A DNA stretch of 49,548 nucleotides, the filler included, from Catajapyx aquilonaris (Eukaryota): NCBI GenBank assembly GCA_000934665.2. It is 2 parts of 2 records of this genome, joined end to end, with 100 filler letters (N's around TTAATTAATTAA, not from the genome) between each part and the next. Parts side by side here need not be neighbours in the genome. Positions count along the whole stretch, not along the records: positions 1 to 24,728 come from JYFJ02005472.1; 1 more part is not named here. One strand, written 5' to 3'. How positions within the stretch are numbered: position 1 is the first letter of the stretch; each line of letters opens with the position of its first letter. Positions 1 through 11,855 of the stretch are shown piece by piece. The notes beneath the pieces are model-generated. The model was given only the letters and a program-made list of their open reading frames with translations. It was not told where the DNA came from and ran no database searches. The translations under genes were made by a program, and so were the position numbers.

Positions 1-3000
1 ATTTTTTCGGAGTGCCAATAAAAAGATTTATTTGGTGGTCTACCTCCTTTTCTGAAACAAATAATCTTTGTTTTTTTAAGATTTATTTGGAGTTCTTGCG
101 CTTCAAAATACTCTCGTAATGCATTTATATTTTCCTGCAGATAGAGGGGGTTATCTCCTAAGAAAATGAGGTCATCTGCATACGCTAGTATTCTGATTTC
201 TCTTAATCCGCTTCCAAAATTTACTCCTTTGCACTTTTTTTGCTGTAGAAAGGTATCTAGATCTGCCATATACAGATTAAATAAGGTAGGGCTAAGTGGT
301 TCTCCTTGCGGAACTCCTCTTGTTATTTTGATTGGGCTTTTTGTTTCAAAATCTTCCGCAATTTCCATTTTAAGATAAATTTGTCTAATTAATTCTAAGG
401 TTCTGGAACGTAAACCTATAGAATTTAGTTTTTGTAATAACATATTATGTCCGATCGAGTCGAAAGCCTTTGATAAATCTATGAATGCAGCAAAGAGTTT
501 GCCCTTAGGTTTATTTAAATATTTTTGGGTCAGTACATGCAGGGTGAATAAATGGTCTGCACATCCTCTACCTTTACGAAATGCTGCTTGCCATTCAGGA
601 AAAATTCCGTTCGTTTCTGCCCATGTCCTGATCCTATTGTTTATAATGGAAGTGAAAATTTTAAGAGTATTGTTAAATAGAGTTATTGGCCTATAGTTTG
701 CTGGGTCCTCTTTGTCTCCTGTTTTGTAGATCGGGCATATTTTGGCTTGTATCCATCCATCCGGTATTTGCCTGCTTTCTAAGTAATTTTTCAATTTAAT
801 GAATAGATTTTCATGAAGGCATTCTGATTTCACAAGTAATAAAGTATTTGACACCATGTCTGGCCCTGGAGAAGATTTAGGCCTTAATTTTTTGATTGCT
901 ATTTCGTATTCCTCAAACGTTAAGATGTGATCTAGCAACGGGTCTTCAAGCGTACCAAAATTTACAATTTGGTGAATTGCATTTGATGCGTTTCTTTCTT
1001 GTAATTTTTTGTTGTACTCCCACCATTTTTCCTTGTCCAAGTCTATTCGAGGTACACCCGCGAGCATAAAGATGGAGACGGCCGGCCCTCACCTTCGGCA
1101 GGCTGCTCTGTCAATCTCAGCAATTACGGTATCAAATATACTGTCATAAATACACGGACACACGCTTGAAGCAGCAAACTCGGTCCAAAAAATAGTTCAT
1201 TAATTTGAGTCGGATAAAGAAAGGTCAAAAAAGGGCCTGCCGTCTCCATCTTTATGCTCGCTGGGGTACATACCTCTTTGCTTGTTTTATTATTTTCCAG
1301 AAACTCTTTGGTTCTACCGTACTTAGTAATTGTTGCCTCAGGGTTTCTGAGAAATATTTTTTCTTTTTTGCAGCTAACAGCTTTTTATAGAGTCTCCTTT
1401 CTTCCACATATTTTTCTCTAGCTTGATCAGATGGGTCTATTTTCCAGTCCTTTAAAAGTTCCATTACTGCTTCTTTTTTTGAGTATAACTCTGAGTCAAA
1501 CCATGAAGCCGTATGTTTCCTGAGGTGTTCTGTTTTTCCGGTTGGTTTTTTATGCAATATTCCATATTCCGTTAGTATTGCTCTAGCTTTTTCATTGAAA
1601 GTTTTCATATCCAATGTATTTATACTTAACGAGTCATCTGTTGCAAACACTTGGTTTAAATCTTCCTCCAAAAAATCAATTCCCTGTTCCGGGTAAGTTA
1701 GTACGTATTTTGATGTTACATGTTGTGATTTGCAAAAAAAAGGGATGTCTATTTGAGCTGTTAGTATCAAATGGTCCGAGCTATCACTTGTGGACAGGAT
1801 TAAATCCTTCGCTAGATCCGCTATATTTTGGGATACCAAACAATAATCTACTGTACTTTGTCCTTGACTGCTTACAAAGGTAAATGACCCAGGTTTATCT
1901 GACGGCATGGCTCCGTTTAATATAAAAAAAGAATAATGCACCACAAATTCCACAAGTGCCCTGCCATTTCTATTTTCTTTCTTATCACATGCATACCTTT
2001 GATTACTTTGTGTTGAAGTGTAATCTTCGCCTGGTTCAAAACCTGAGTGATTTGCTATTCTAGCATTGAAATTTCCGAATATAATTCCTGGAGTTTCCGA
2101 TTCATCCTGTTGAACAAATAGTTTTTCCAAGCTATCTTTAAATATTTTTTCATTTAACAATGGAGGGAAGTAAACTAGTGACAGGTAATATCTTGTCCCT
2201 TTTGTGTCCAAAATAGTTACCCCTATATGATAGCGTGATTTCGACACCAGTACCGGCTTTAGTTTCCTGTCTATTGCAAGCCACAACCCTCCAGAAGCTC
2301 TGCCAAAGTTCGATCTTCTAGTCGCCAACGAGTACCATGATAGAAAGAACTTTTCACTACTTTTCACTGACCGTTCCTCCTCTAGCCATGTCTCGGTAAA
2401 ACCAACAATTTCTGAGGGTGCTGGCCTGGACTGTATTATGGACCAAGCTCTGTTTAGGTTTAAACCGGCTATATTCCATGTGGATATTTGCACTGGGGGG
2501 GCTTGGGACCATGGAGGCATTGCCTCGTTCACCTTAACACTATTTTCCACCCCCGCACTTAAACCTTGGGTCAAGTCGACCACTCTAGCCTTGTGTACAG
2601 CTGTCCTCTTATCATAGTCTAATGGTTCAGGACTGTTAGCATCAGTTAATAATAGATTTACATCACTGCAACTGGAAATGCACTTTTCAGTACTGTCACC
2701 ACTGGATATATCATCTTCAATTTTGTACACTGACACGTTGTGGACTATTGAGTCATTGTGCTCGGGCAATCTTGCTGAATTCGCTAGGAGAGAGATATCA
2801 GCTGACTGGCTTCCCACACCTGAGTTCACCCTTCTCCTCTTTATCATGTCTTCGGTAATAGGCATGTCCTTAGAACTTTTACTAACTAAATTTAGCTGCT
2901 CACGGTTACACACCTTTTTATCACTGCTACTCTTGGACACATCACTTAACTCGCGAACAATACCGCCCGTCCCACCACTGATTTGCCGTAATGGTCGGCA

Positions 3001-3063
3001 CTCCGGGATTTTTCCCACCACTTTCCCAACACCAAACTTCACAGATTCGGGCTCCTTCCGCAC
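1..3063 (-). pseudogene. LINE ORF2 (AP endonuclease + reverse transcriptase), split by a MITE
   Basis: APE motifs TWNIAG, ETW, GNFNAR, VDYC, SDH. Removing 1055-1266 plus one TA restores the frame (AKRYVPRIDLDKEKW) into RT motifs PGPD, YRPITL, QAAFRKG, FIDLSKAFDS, GVPQGEPLSPTLF, YADD and KTKIICFRKGG. Confidence 0.9.
1055..1266. mobile_element. 212 bp MITE, TA target duplication
   Basis: ~35 bp TIRs (CACCCGCGAGCATAAAGATGGAGACGGCCGGCCCT / AGGGCCTGCCGTCTCCATCTTTATGCTCGCTGGGG), flanked by TA at 1053-1054 and 1267-1268. Confidence 0.9.
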
Positions 3064-3080
3064 ATTTCTTGTGTACCCCC

Positions 3081-4040
3081 CTAAATTTCAATCAGTGGTA
3101 TCATAGTATCACGTGGTTGTAGTCCTTGTTGAACTTGTGACACTGGTCGAGTAACCACTCCGTTCCTTCCATCTTGATTTCCGCTCTCACCCGTCGTCGG
3201 TTGTGCTATGGCTGCTTGTTCGGTTTGCTGAGGTTGTTGTGATGGTCCTGGACTTGGTAGGTGGACTTGCTTGGCCTGCCTTTGTGGTCCCGTTGGTGAA
3301 ACCGATAGCTGGCGCTTCCCAGGTGCCAGTCCATTCGCCTCAGTAGTCGCCTCGTTCGACGTTCGGTTGTCACAACGCTGTAGCTCACCGTTGTACATTC
3401 GGAAAGGCACGCTTTCTATCACTAGTGTATCCATGCGTATATGGGCTCTCTTGTTGCTCTTCTTCGCATCTAACAGATATGGCATCAACTCACGCCTGGC
3501 ATCTCTGGTCTCCTGCGCGAAATCCTCGCTTACACTCAGATTTGACCCACGGAGATTACGCGCACACTGTAGAATGACCTCCTTGTCTTTGTACCTCAGA
3601 AGTAGTGCTATCACTGCTCTCTTGCCCGGTCTTCTACCCAGCCGATGAACTCGCTGGAATTCAATAGTGTCTGGTCGCTGATGCAGATTGTAATCTTGGA
3701 TGACCTTGCGTACTTTGGCCTCTGTTTCCGCCCATGTTTCACCTTGAAAATCCGGAATGCCGTAGAACACCAGATTACAGCGCCTCGATTGATTTTCCAT
3801 CTGCACCAGTCTATTTTGCATAGTATCCATAGCTGATTTGAGGTATAGGTTTTCTTCTTTTAGCTCACGTACAGTGGAACGGTCTGATAGTAGCTCCGAC
3901 TTGATTTGTGCAAAATGGGATTCCCATTTTGCGGATAGATCAGATGTACACTTGGCTAAGTCCTGGCCTATTTCTTCTCTCAAATCCTTTTTCAGGGTCT
4001 CTAGGGCCCTCGACAGATCAGCAAATGTGAGCGGCGCCAT
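3081..4040 (-). CDS. LINE ORF1 protein (coiled coil + L1-type RRM/CTD)
   Basis: 319 aa ORF with a heptad-rich N-terminus, then ENQSRRCNLVFYGIPD, IEFQRVHRLG and LSVSEDF motifs typical of L1-ORF1-like (Transposase_22) proteins. Confidence 0.85.
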   Translation of the reverse strand: MAPLTFADLSRALETLKKDLREEIGQDLAKCTSDLSAKWESHFAQIKSELLSDRSTVRELKEENLYLKSAMDTMQNRLVQMENQSRRCNLVFYGIPDFQGETWAETEAKVRKVIQDYNLHQRPDTIEFQRVHRLGRRPGKRAVIALLLRYKDKEVILQCARNLRGSNLSVSEDFAQETRDARRELMPYLLDAKKSNKRAHIRMDTLVIESVPFRMYNGELQRCDNRTSNEATTEANGLAPGKRQLSVSPTGPQRQAKQVHLPSPGPSQQPQQTEQAAIAQPTTGESGNQDGRNGVVTRPVSQVQQGLQPRDTMIPLIEI

Positions 4041-4521
4041 GGTGTCTTCAGGTTCCAGCCACTGTCCAGGGTGTTTTTACCAAGTGAAAAACCAGGCAAA
4101 AAAGGAAAATGGGGCACACTCTCGGTTAAATCTGTAGGCGTAGCAGGAGCAGACAACAAGATCGACCTCTCAGCTCGAGCTCCGAGGTGTGTGTGCCTGC
4201 ACATTGATATCACAAATACGAATTTCTGGAGAATGAATTATGTTTTATTTGCACAACTTATATGCTAAGGAGCCGCATGGAAGAGGGAATGTTGGGGAGA
4301 TATATCAAGGCATTTGCCTGTAGATGAAGAAAAGTAGGACAGTATTTATGTAGTGCTCCTGGGGCAATGGAGTTCGCCCAGTGTACTAAATGCACCAAAA
4401 AGTTCACCTACTGTCATATACTGAGTGATGTAGTTGTGCCAGGTGGAAAAAAAAGTGTAGGTCACTTGCCCTGCACCACCGTACCATAAAGTATTGCACT
4501 CTGTGTCTGTCAGTCACAACC

Positions 4522-5603
4522 ATGGGACATGGTAAGCCCATTCCCCCAGAGGTATGCGAGATGATACGGAAGAGCCATGAAGAAGGAAAGGCTGCCTATG
4601 TAATTGCACAAGAAGTGCATGTACCACACTCCACGGTAAGAGACATCGTGAGAAGGTACAAAACTACAGGAACCACCCAGAAAAAACCTCGTCAGGGACG
4701 TCAACGAGCTACATCAGCAAGGGATGACAGAGAGCTGAGAAATTTGTGCAAGCAAAATCAGCGAGAGGCAACAGCAGTCAGCAATGAAAAATGGTCAGAG
4801 GTGACCCAAAAGGTGGTCTCCACAACAACCTGCTGATGATGCATCCATAACATGAAGATGACCTTTTATGCAGTAAGTTCTCAAAGGTTAGCAGAAAGTT
4901 CACAAAATCAAGTGCTACCTTCTTGACTGTAGGCCAAGAAGAAACCACACTTTACTGCATTGCAACGGAAAAAAAGGCTTCCTTGGGCAAAGGAACATAA
5001 GCATTGGACACAGCAGATGTGGAATCAAGCCATGTTTAGCTCTGAATCAAAATTCGAAATCAGCCCAGGGGACAGCCGTAAGCGAGTACGGCGAACGAAG
5101 GAAGAGGCGTACCATCCCTATTGTCTCATCAGAACCGTCAAACATGCAGACAGCGTTATGGTATGGGGATGCATGAGTAATGTCGGCCTTGGCAACTTGA
5201 TCTTCATTGATGGCACCGTAATGCAGTCAAGTACCAGGCGATTTTGAATGATCACCTGCTGCCCTCGATAACAACCTTGCGTCCGAATGGCAACTTTATA
5301 TTTCAACAGGACGGTGCATCATGCCATACGGCCAAAACTATGAAGAAGTGGCTGGGAGACAACGGGATAGACATTCTACCATGGCCGCCAAACAGCCCAG
5401 ACCTCAGTCCAATTGAGACAGTATGGAAAACCATGAAGAAGGTGCTTCGGAGGAAACGCCCTCGCACAAAGGCATCCTTGAAGGCAAAACTACAGGAGAT
5501 TAGGGACAGCATCACTCCAGCCAAGTGCCAGAAGGAATTCAACACAATGTCGAGTCGCATTGAGGCTGTTATTGCTGCCCATGGAGATGTCACCCTATTC
5601 TAG
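4522..5603 (+). pseudogene. Tc1 DD34E transposase pseudogene with one 60 bp intron
   Basis: HTH N-terminus, GRQR motif, phase-0 intron GTAAGT..TGTAG 4873-4932, then AKKKP..WAKEH, FSSESKF (first catalytic D lost), VMVWGC, FQQDGASCH and WPPNSPDLSPIE. In-frame TGA TGA at 4834-4839 and a frameshift near 5220. Confidence 0.9.
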
Positions 5604-5696
5604 GCGAACTTTGTGGTGCATTTAGCGGTCTGGGCGAACTCCATTGCCCCAGGCGCGCTACATAAATCGTGTCCTATTTTCCTTGGTTCACTGACT

Positions 5697-5883
5697 TTGA
5701 CGGCCCCGGGTCCGCACCCTAGCTAGCTCTTACTAAGAAAACTAGGTGGGTTCCTTGAGCACTGGTATTTATTGACCATCCTGGTCCCAAGCTGAGTACA
5801 GACTGGCTTTTACGACCTAAACCCGCTGGGAGGGAAAGGACGGGTTCCACCACTAATAGGGTGGTCAGGGTCAAACCGTTACA
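5697..5883 (-). mobile_element. Probable solo LTR inserted in the right TIR of the Tc1 element
   Basis: 5 bp TSD TGACT (5692-5696, 5884-5888); minus-strand termini TGTAACGG...CCGTCAA; internal AATAAA on minus strand; absent from the left TIR. Confidence 0.65.
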
Positions 5884-6239
5884 TGACTAATGCCTTGATA
5901 TCTCACCCCAACATAGCTCTTCCATGTGGCTCATTAGGATGTAAGTTGTGTAAATAAAATATGATTCATTCCCGTCTAATTTGTATTTTTCACATTGACA
6001 TGCAGGTGATTTTCGTGCTAGGCGAACTTCACTGGTGTTGGGCAAGTATAACATTAATTTTTTGGATCATGTGCCTGGGAGTTGTTTTGAGTAAAACACA
6101 GGGGCCTATATTAAATAAACGGATAGTATGTCATTGAGGGACAGAAGAGGCTCCATGAGATTTTGGGAGAAATTAGGAATGATGTTCAACAGTGTTATGC
6201 TGTCATCCTGGAGTGCCTTCTTAGCATGGCTCAGTCAGG

Positions 6240-6674
6240 GGAGGTGTGGTGGCTGAGATGGTAACGTCTCGGCATGCTGAGCGGACATCCTATGACCATG
6301 GGTCTCTGTTTCCAGACCAACAGCAGAGTTGTGCAGAGGGCTGCATCGCAGAAGAGACCCAGGACTACACAACGGACTCCGTGGCAGAATCTGCAGATGA
6401 GACATCCCTTTCCAGAGCTACATGTACACCGGAGTGGAAGGGTCACCAGACTACCACAGCACCTGCAGGACTACATCTAGTTCAACTTGTGGAAGATGTT
6501 TTCCTGACCTTTTGTTCTTGGGGGAAGGAGTGTTATATCCTGCCAGATGTGACCAGTTGCCGGACAACGGAGGTTGTTGTTGACTTGTTATGTAGGAACC
6601 AGACTGAGTACCCTGCGTATTTTTATATAATCATGATATAACATACTCATTTTCGCCCCACCTCAGCCATTACA
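6240..6674 (+). mobile_element. 3' remnant of an LTR retrotransposon (pol tail, PPT, short LTR)
   Basis: HRSGRVTRLPQHLQDYI* resembles Gypsy integrase C-terminal tails; purine tract GGGGGAAGGAG (6520-6530) directly before TGTTATA...ATTACA (6531-6674). Confidence 0.55.
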
Positions 6675-7250
6675 TACCATTAATTATTGGGCCCTCTGTG
6701 GTAAAATATGCTGTTTTTGATTACTCAGCTTCATTTCCCATGCGAGGAAAGCACTGTATGCTGGAGCTGTGGTGATTTTCCCACCTGTCACTGATCTAAC
6801 ACTTGCCGAAAAGGTCAAAATCATTCTTTTTCTGGAGTATCTGGCAAGAACAAGACGGCAGAAGAAAATGCCGTTTTTTTTGGTCCTGCCTAAGTTATAG
6901 GTGAGCTAATTTTGCATGTTTGGGGATAGGTTAATTAATCATTATGTAGTAGTGTGCATTATAATCATAATTATGAAAGGAGAGAACTTGTGTACGTGTT
7001 GCAAAATTGGTGATTTGGGTATAACAGACCTTGGTTATAACACTCTTTACTGCGGTCCCTTGAAGTCTGTTATACATCCGGATTCAACTGTATTCCTCTA
7101 ATGTAAATATCTCGAAGCCAGATTCTGAAATGCCTTATCTACAACGTTTTTGCGTAATAAAGATAATAACAATTGGGGTAATGCAATGCCCATGTTGGAC
7201 ATGTGTATCTGATGTGATACATTTATTTGCTTAGATGTAGAAGCTTTTAG

Positions 7251-7334
7251 GAAAGGAACCAGTTACTGGTTCCTTTCATCCTGACGCGTGGCTGCCCGCT
7301 CGACGCGACGGGACAATTCTTTTTGAACTGTTGA
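7251..7334. mobile_element. Half copy of the palindromic MITE at 8570-8709
   Basis: Near-identical to 8626-8709 (GAAAGGAACCAGTTA...GGGACAATTCTTTTTGAACTGTTGA-TA). Confidence 0.8.
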
Positions 7335-8569
7335 TACCAGTTGGGAGAGTTGCAGGGAGGGGAGAAGAAGTGCAGGTGTGAGAAGTTTAGTCTTGTGCCC
7401 CCAAGGTGGTTAGACTATTAGAAATTCCAACTGAGATGAAGCAAAGACAATGGAACAAGATGAGAATGAGAAACTTGAGCTTGGAACTGAACCTGGAACC
7501 TTCCTATCAGTGGGTGCAGCATTACTACTGTTTACTGTGTTTACGGGAGAGGAGATGTTTCCTCATTGATGTCCAGCAAGCGACTGTGGTGTTCCTCCAC
7601 CCATTGCGCATGCGTGGAACGCGGGCCAATGGGAAGCGGCACCGGTAACAATAAATGGCCCGGACGTCAATGAGGACACATCACCTCTCCTGTAAACACC
7701 TCCACCCTTCCACCCTCCTCCACCCGCTTCGTCATGGTGACCTTACAGCAGGGGGCGTAGGAGCGAGAAGAGGAGAGGAGGGGTGGCTGCGGGAAGGAAT
7801 GGAATGCGGTAAAAAAAACCCGAACCTACGCTACAGTCGGGATCTGTTGTTTATCAGTGGTGCCAACTCCATGGACATTTATAAACAAAGTGAAATAATT
7901 TCAGTTTTTTAAACAAGGTCCTTCCTGGCACCCCCGCAGGAATAGTTGGTAAGCAGGATTGGGAGCAAATGTCAACACAGAACCCGGGGATAGGTCGAGT
8001 TTGTCAAAAGAATGTGTCGGGGAGAATGAAACCAGTTTTTGATCATCTCATACAGTGGTTTTAAAACTGGGGTACACGAACACAATTTTGGGGGTACGCA
8101 AACGATATCGTGCGATGGCGTCCAGTCTCTGCATTTGTGGGAACCATACGCTGATTCAACAAGAATGAATCAACTTCTGAGAAAAACGCACAAAATTGTC
8201 ATAGGCATTCCCATTTTTCTTTTTGTTGGTATTATTTTAGGGAAGATTTATTACACACAGAGGCATTTTCTGCCTTATCCGTGTGCCATTTTTATTCAGC
8301 ACATGCGTTGAAACTCAAGAAGAAACATTGCAGTGTTACCTCGAACAACTGGTTCTCTTCTACCATTGCGCTTATTTGCGATGCTGTGAAGGATTTGAAA
8401 ATAAACTCTGGCTTCAAAGGTTGATCTACCTGGCCTAAAAATTTTCGAGTCTCAACAAATGAAACTGGGATCTTCAAGACTTCACTGGCAATATATTTCA
8501 TGTGCAAACCATAATCAAAGGAATGATTTAAAAATTCCAGATTTGGGGATGTTGTGTACTGTACTGTAC

Positions 8570-8709
8570 TCATCAGTCCAAAAAGAATTGTCCCTCGCGT
8601 CGAGCGGGCAGCCACACGTCAGGATGAAAGGAACCAGTTAACTGGTTGCTTTCATCCTGACGCGTGGCTGCCCGCTCGACGCGAGGGACAATTCTTTTTG
8701 AACTGTTGA
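8570..8709. mobile_element. Palindromic (hairpin) MITE
   Basis: Near-perfect ~70 bp arms centred on GTTAAC (8637-8642); termini shared with 47065-47245 and 49455 onward. Confidence 0.8.
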
Positions 8710-9023
8710 TACAAGGTGGGAACTTTGCTTATTTTCCAACCATTTCCAAGAATTTCAAAGTGACAGTAGAGGCCCAGTTGAGGTCAGCGTCCAATCCAAC
8801 ATATTGTAGCACATGAATCAATAGCCACAACAGTTTATAAATTATTTTTCCGAGATGGACCTGCCAATCTGTTGCATCAGGAGTTTGAGATATCTTTACC
8901 CCTCCCAAACATGTCAGCGCAGAAGCAGGAAAAGCTCATCAAAAAATGGAAGACTATCCGGGCCTGGTAAGCAGTGCTCTGAAGTACGCCTACTTAATAC
9001 CATTTACCAACTTCCAAATTATG

Positions 9024-9350
9024 GGGGAGGCGGAGTGGTGCTGCGGTAACGTAGGCGCCCACGGATGTTAAGGTCCCGGGTTCGAGCCCAACCCGGGGAC
9101 ACCCCCTTCATCTCGTGCAGAGTTCAGGGTCACCTCTGGCTTCGCCTCGGGTGGTATTTCCACAGACTAAACCACCCGGGGGAGTTCACTAAAAATGGCC
9201 ACGTTTAAGACATTGCACTGCACCTTGCACATTCCCTCCTGTCATCCTGCTCGTGGGCCCGGGCGTTACGTATAAAGGCTCCAAATGTACTTGACATAAT
9301 AAATAAAGGTCCGTGCTGCATACCTCAGATGAGGTCAAGCACTACCCCGG

Positions 9351-9395
<45 letters not shown>
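9024..9395 (+). mobile_element. tRNA-derived SINE family A, (ATT)n tail
   Basis: A-box-like GTGGTGCTGCGG and B-box GGTTCGAGCCC; 15 bp TSD AACTTCCAAATTATG at 9009-9023 and 9396-9410; two more copies in the window. Confidence 0.92.
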
Positions 9396-9399
<4 letters not shown>

Positions 9400-11502
9400 T
9401 CCAAATTATGTGAAGCTGTTTTTTGGCAGTAACGTCTTCGACTGTGTTGAGAAAGACCTCAGGCTTAAATTTACGCCACTTGACCCCCGTATTAACCCAG
9501 ATATGCGGAGTGTCCCCTATAGGGCACACCTGCACAGTTGTTATATTTTAATTTTTTTTTGCGCTCGTTCTTCTGCTGCTAAAGAGCTGGCAGTAGTCAC
9601 GGGGGCTTCAGGAGAGTCCCAGCTAACGATACAAGTTCAAACCTGCTAAAATATTGCTTCAGCTTTTTAAGATACAGGTGTTTGAATTTTAATTCAGGAA
9701 ATAATGGCTGCACCTTCATGTTCCGAATCTGATTAGTAATTAATTCTCGAATATTGATTAACGTTATGAGTTATTTATTGTTTGTAATACTTAGAAAACT
9801 TATGAATGACTATGTCGACGGGGAAATACAGGCATATTTTTTACTTTCCTTGTCTGAGAGTTGTGTTGAAATCTGGTGTCCCCTCGGGGGAACACAAGAG
9901 GCAAATGCACCCACATTTGGACAAGTAGAGTATGTGTGTGGATTTTGTACGCTTTGTTGAACTGTATTTAAATGAATCCATACAATTAAAACGAGATTAC
10001 ATGGCAATTGGTTAACATGGCAACCGTTGCAACAATCCTTGATTGTTGTTGATTGTTACTCAACCACAACCCCTTCTTTGCACGGCCTGTTTCCAGGGTA
10101 ATGCAATTGACAACAATCAATCATTGGTGATATTATGAAACTATGGATATTGCTGAATGTCACTGTTGCCATGGTCATGTAATCAACAACTGTTACAGCC
10201 ATACTAGGTTACATTTTCCTAGCATCCCATAAAATAGGGAACTGCCATTTTCTCACAAACAAGCATTCGGAAAAATGTTTTATCTCGATTTTTGTGTTTC
10301 GGGAACTAATATCATAAAGAAACAAAGTTCACAAATTCTACAAAAACTTTTCCAGCATAACTGGGTTAATCATAAGTGTGAAAGAAAGAAAGCACACCCA
10401 TCACACTAACTGATAAATGCCCACAATTACTCTTTTCAGGTAACAGATGGGAGTGGGGGTACAATCTGTCTTGACATTTTTAAAGTGGTAAGCAACAAAA
10501 AAAGTTTGGGAACCACTGATCTAATACAAACACTGCAGAGTTTCATTCGACCTGTACAATAAAGGGGAGTTATGAGCAGTCATAAAAAACCGCGGTCAGA
10601 ACGTGTGCATATAATTTAGATACATGTGCGAGTACATCGGAGTAGAGGAGGTAGACTAGCAGCGGTTCTTAACGTGGGGAGCCCGCAAGGTGCAGCTCTG
10701 GACTTAGTCTAGCTATGTACTTAATCAATCACCCCTGGTATAGGGGGTGCGACAAGGACCAACTGTCTTCAATGGGGTGCGGAGGCTAAAAGGTTCAGAA
10801 CCCCTGCTGTAGAGGCTGTGAATTTTCGTTCATATTAATTGGGGTAAAAAAATTTCAAAAGGTATGGATATGTTGAGGTGGCCAAATATACGGTATCTTT
10901 CCCAGCCGGTGCAAACGTCGGATTGCAGATGGGTCACAGGGTAGTGAATCATGGATATGTGAATGCATGGAGGAACAGGTGGGCATCATCACTGGCTATA
11001 AATGCTAAGCGATTTAAAAACCGGTCTGCACTGCAGGCCTAGAAAAAAGTGGGTTTCTACGCCTGTGCGATAGAAAAATGCGAGTGTAGCGAGGGTTTTT
11101 CTAATTATATTTTGAAATCAGAAAAAAACATACCTAGCAGTACAGATAGTGAATGAAATATGATCATATTACAAGATTATGCCCCCGCAGGTTGGGGTAA
11201 GTGCTGCATTTTGATTAGTTGCAGCTTAAAGGCACGCTACTTCCTCAGTAATTAGCAAGTGAGAAAAAAAGTAATTGTCAATATACCTTATCTTTTGACT
11301 TTAAAAGTGGCCTATTGCATAACATTCATCTATGTAATGAGGCTCCAAAAAATTATTTAAATATGCACGTGGTGCTTAGTGCTGCATCACTTGCTCCACC
11401 AAATAGATGAAGTGCAATTGTGGAATTCTTTTGCAGTAATGAACATTGTTCGAGTTACATGGGCCTAGTGCCATAAAAACACAAACTTCCTCTGTCAGTC
11501 TG

Positions 11503-11855
11503 TAATAATAATAATACAAGTAATAATTTGTGGGTAATGCGTTCACCCCTTCCGGGGTATATCGCATGAACCTTTATTGTATTTTTTGTTGTTCAGTACA
11601 TGGTGGCATTTAATGAAAGCCCGGGCCCACGGGCAGGATGACAGGAGGGGATGTGCAAAGTGCAGTGCAATGTCGTAGCTAATGTCATTTTGTGAACTCC
11701 CCCGGGTGGATTAGTCTAAGGAAATTCCACCTGAGACGAAGCCAGAGATGGCCCAACTCTGGACGAGATGAAGGGGGGAACCCCAGGCTGGGATCGAACC
11801 TGGGACCTTAACATCCGTGGGCACATACATTACCGCAGCACCACTCCGTCTCCCC
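11503..11855 (-). mobile_element. tRNA-derived SINE family A, diverged copy
   Basis: Reverse-complement similarity to 9024-9395; (TAA)n tail at 11503; TSD TGTCAGTCTG at 11493-11502 and 11856-11865. Confidence 0.88.

Larger units (their letters stand above)
1..4195 (-). mobile_element. Non-LTR retrotransposon (LINE, ORF1 + APE/RT ORF2; RTEX/L2-CR1-like, clade uncertain), 3' end outside window
   Basis: ORF1 3081-4040, ORF2 1-3063 and a ~155 bp 5' UTR ending at the junction with a Tc1 TIR near 4195. Confidence 0.9.
4196..6048 (+). mobile_element. Decayed Tc1-family (Minos-like, long IR/DR TIR) DNA transposon
   Basis: Inverted repeats 4196-4410 vs 5601-5690 + 5889-6006; repeated TAGGCGAACTT motif at the inner and outer ends of the right TIR; transposase between the TIRs. 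Confidence 0.85.
8053..10518 (+). mobile_element. Decayed hAT (Buster/Charlie-type) transposon hosting a MITE and a SINE
   Basis: Termini CAGTGGTTTTAAAACT / AGTTTGGGAACCACTG; 8 bp TSD ATCTCATA (8045-8052) / ATCTAATA (10519-10526). A frameshifted dimerisation-domain remnant LIPF..KLCEAVF..VEKDLRLKFTPLDPRI spans the SINE (about 8990-9500). Confidence 0.75.

Noticed and set aside
9024..9100. tRNA gene (also 12533-12605, 19542-19615, 24975-25040)
   Set aside because: These are SINE heads: the first three continue into repeat bodies with TSDs, and none forms a good cloverleaf.
10660..10806. Small hAT-like MITE (CAGCGGTTCTTAAC / GTTCAGAACCCCTG)
   Set aside because: TIR-like ends but the 8 bp flanks do not match; too weak to list.
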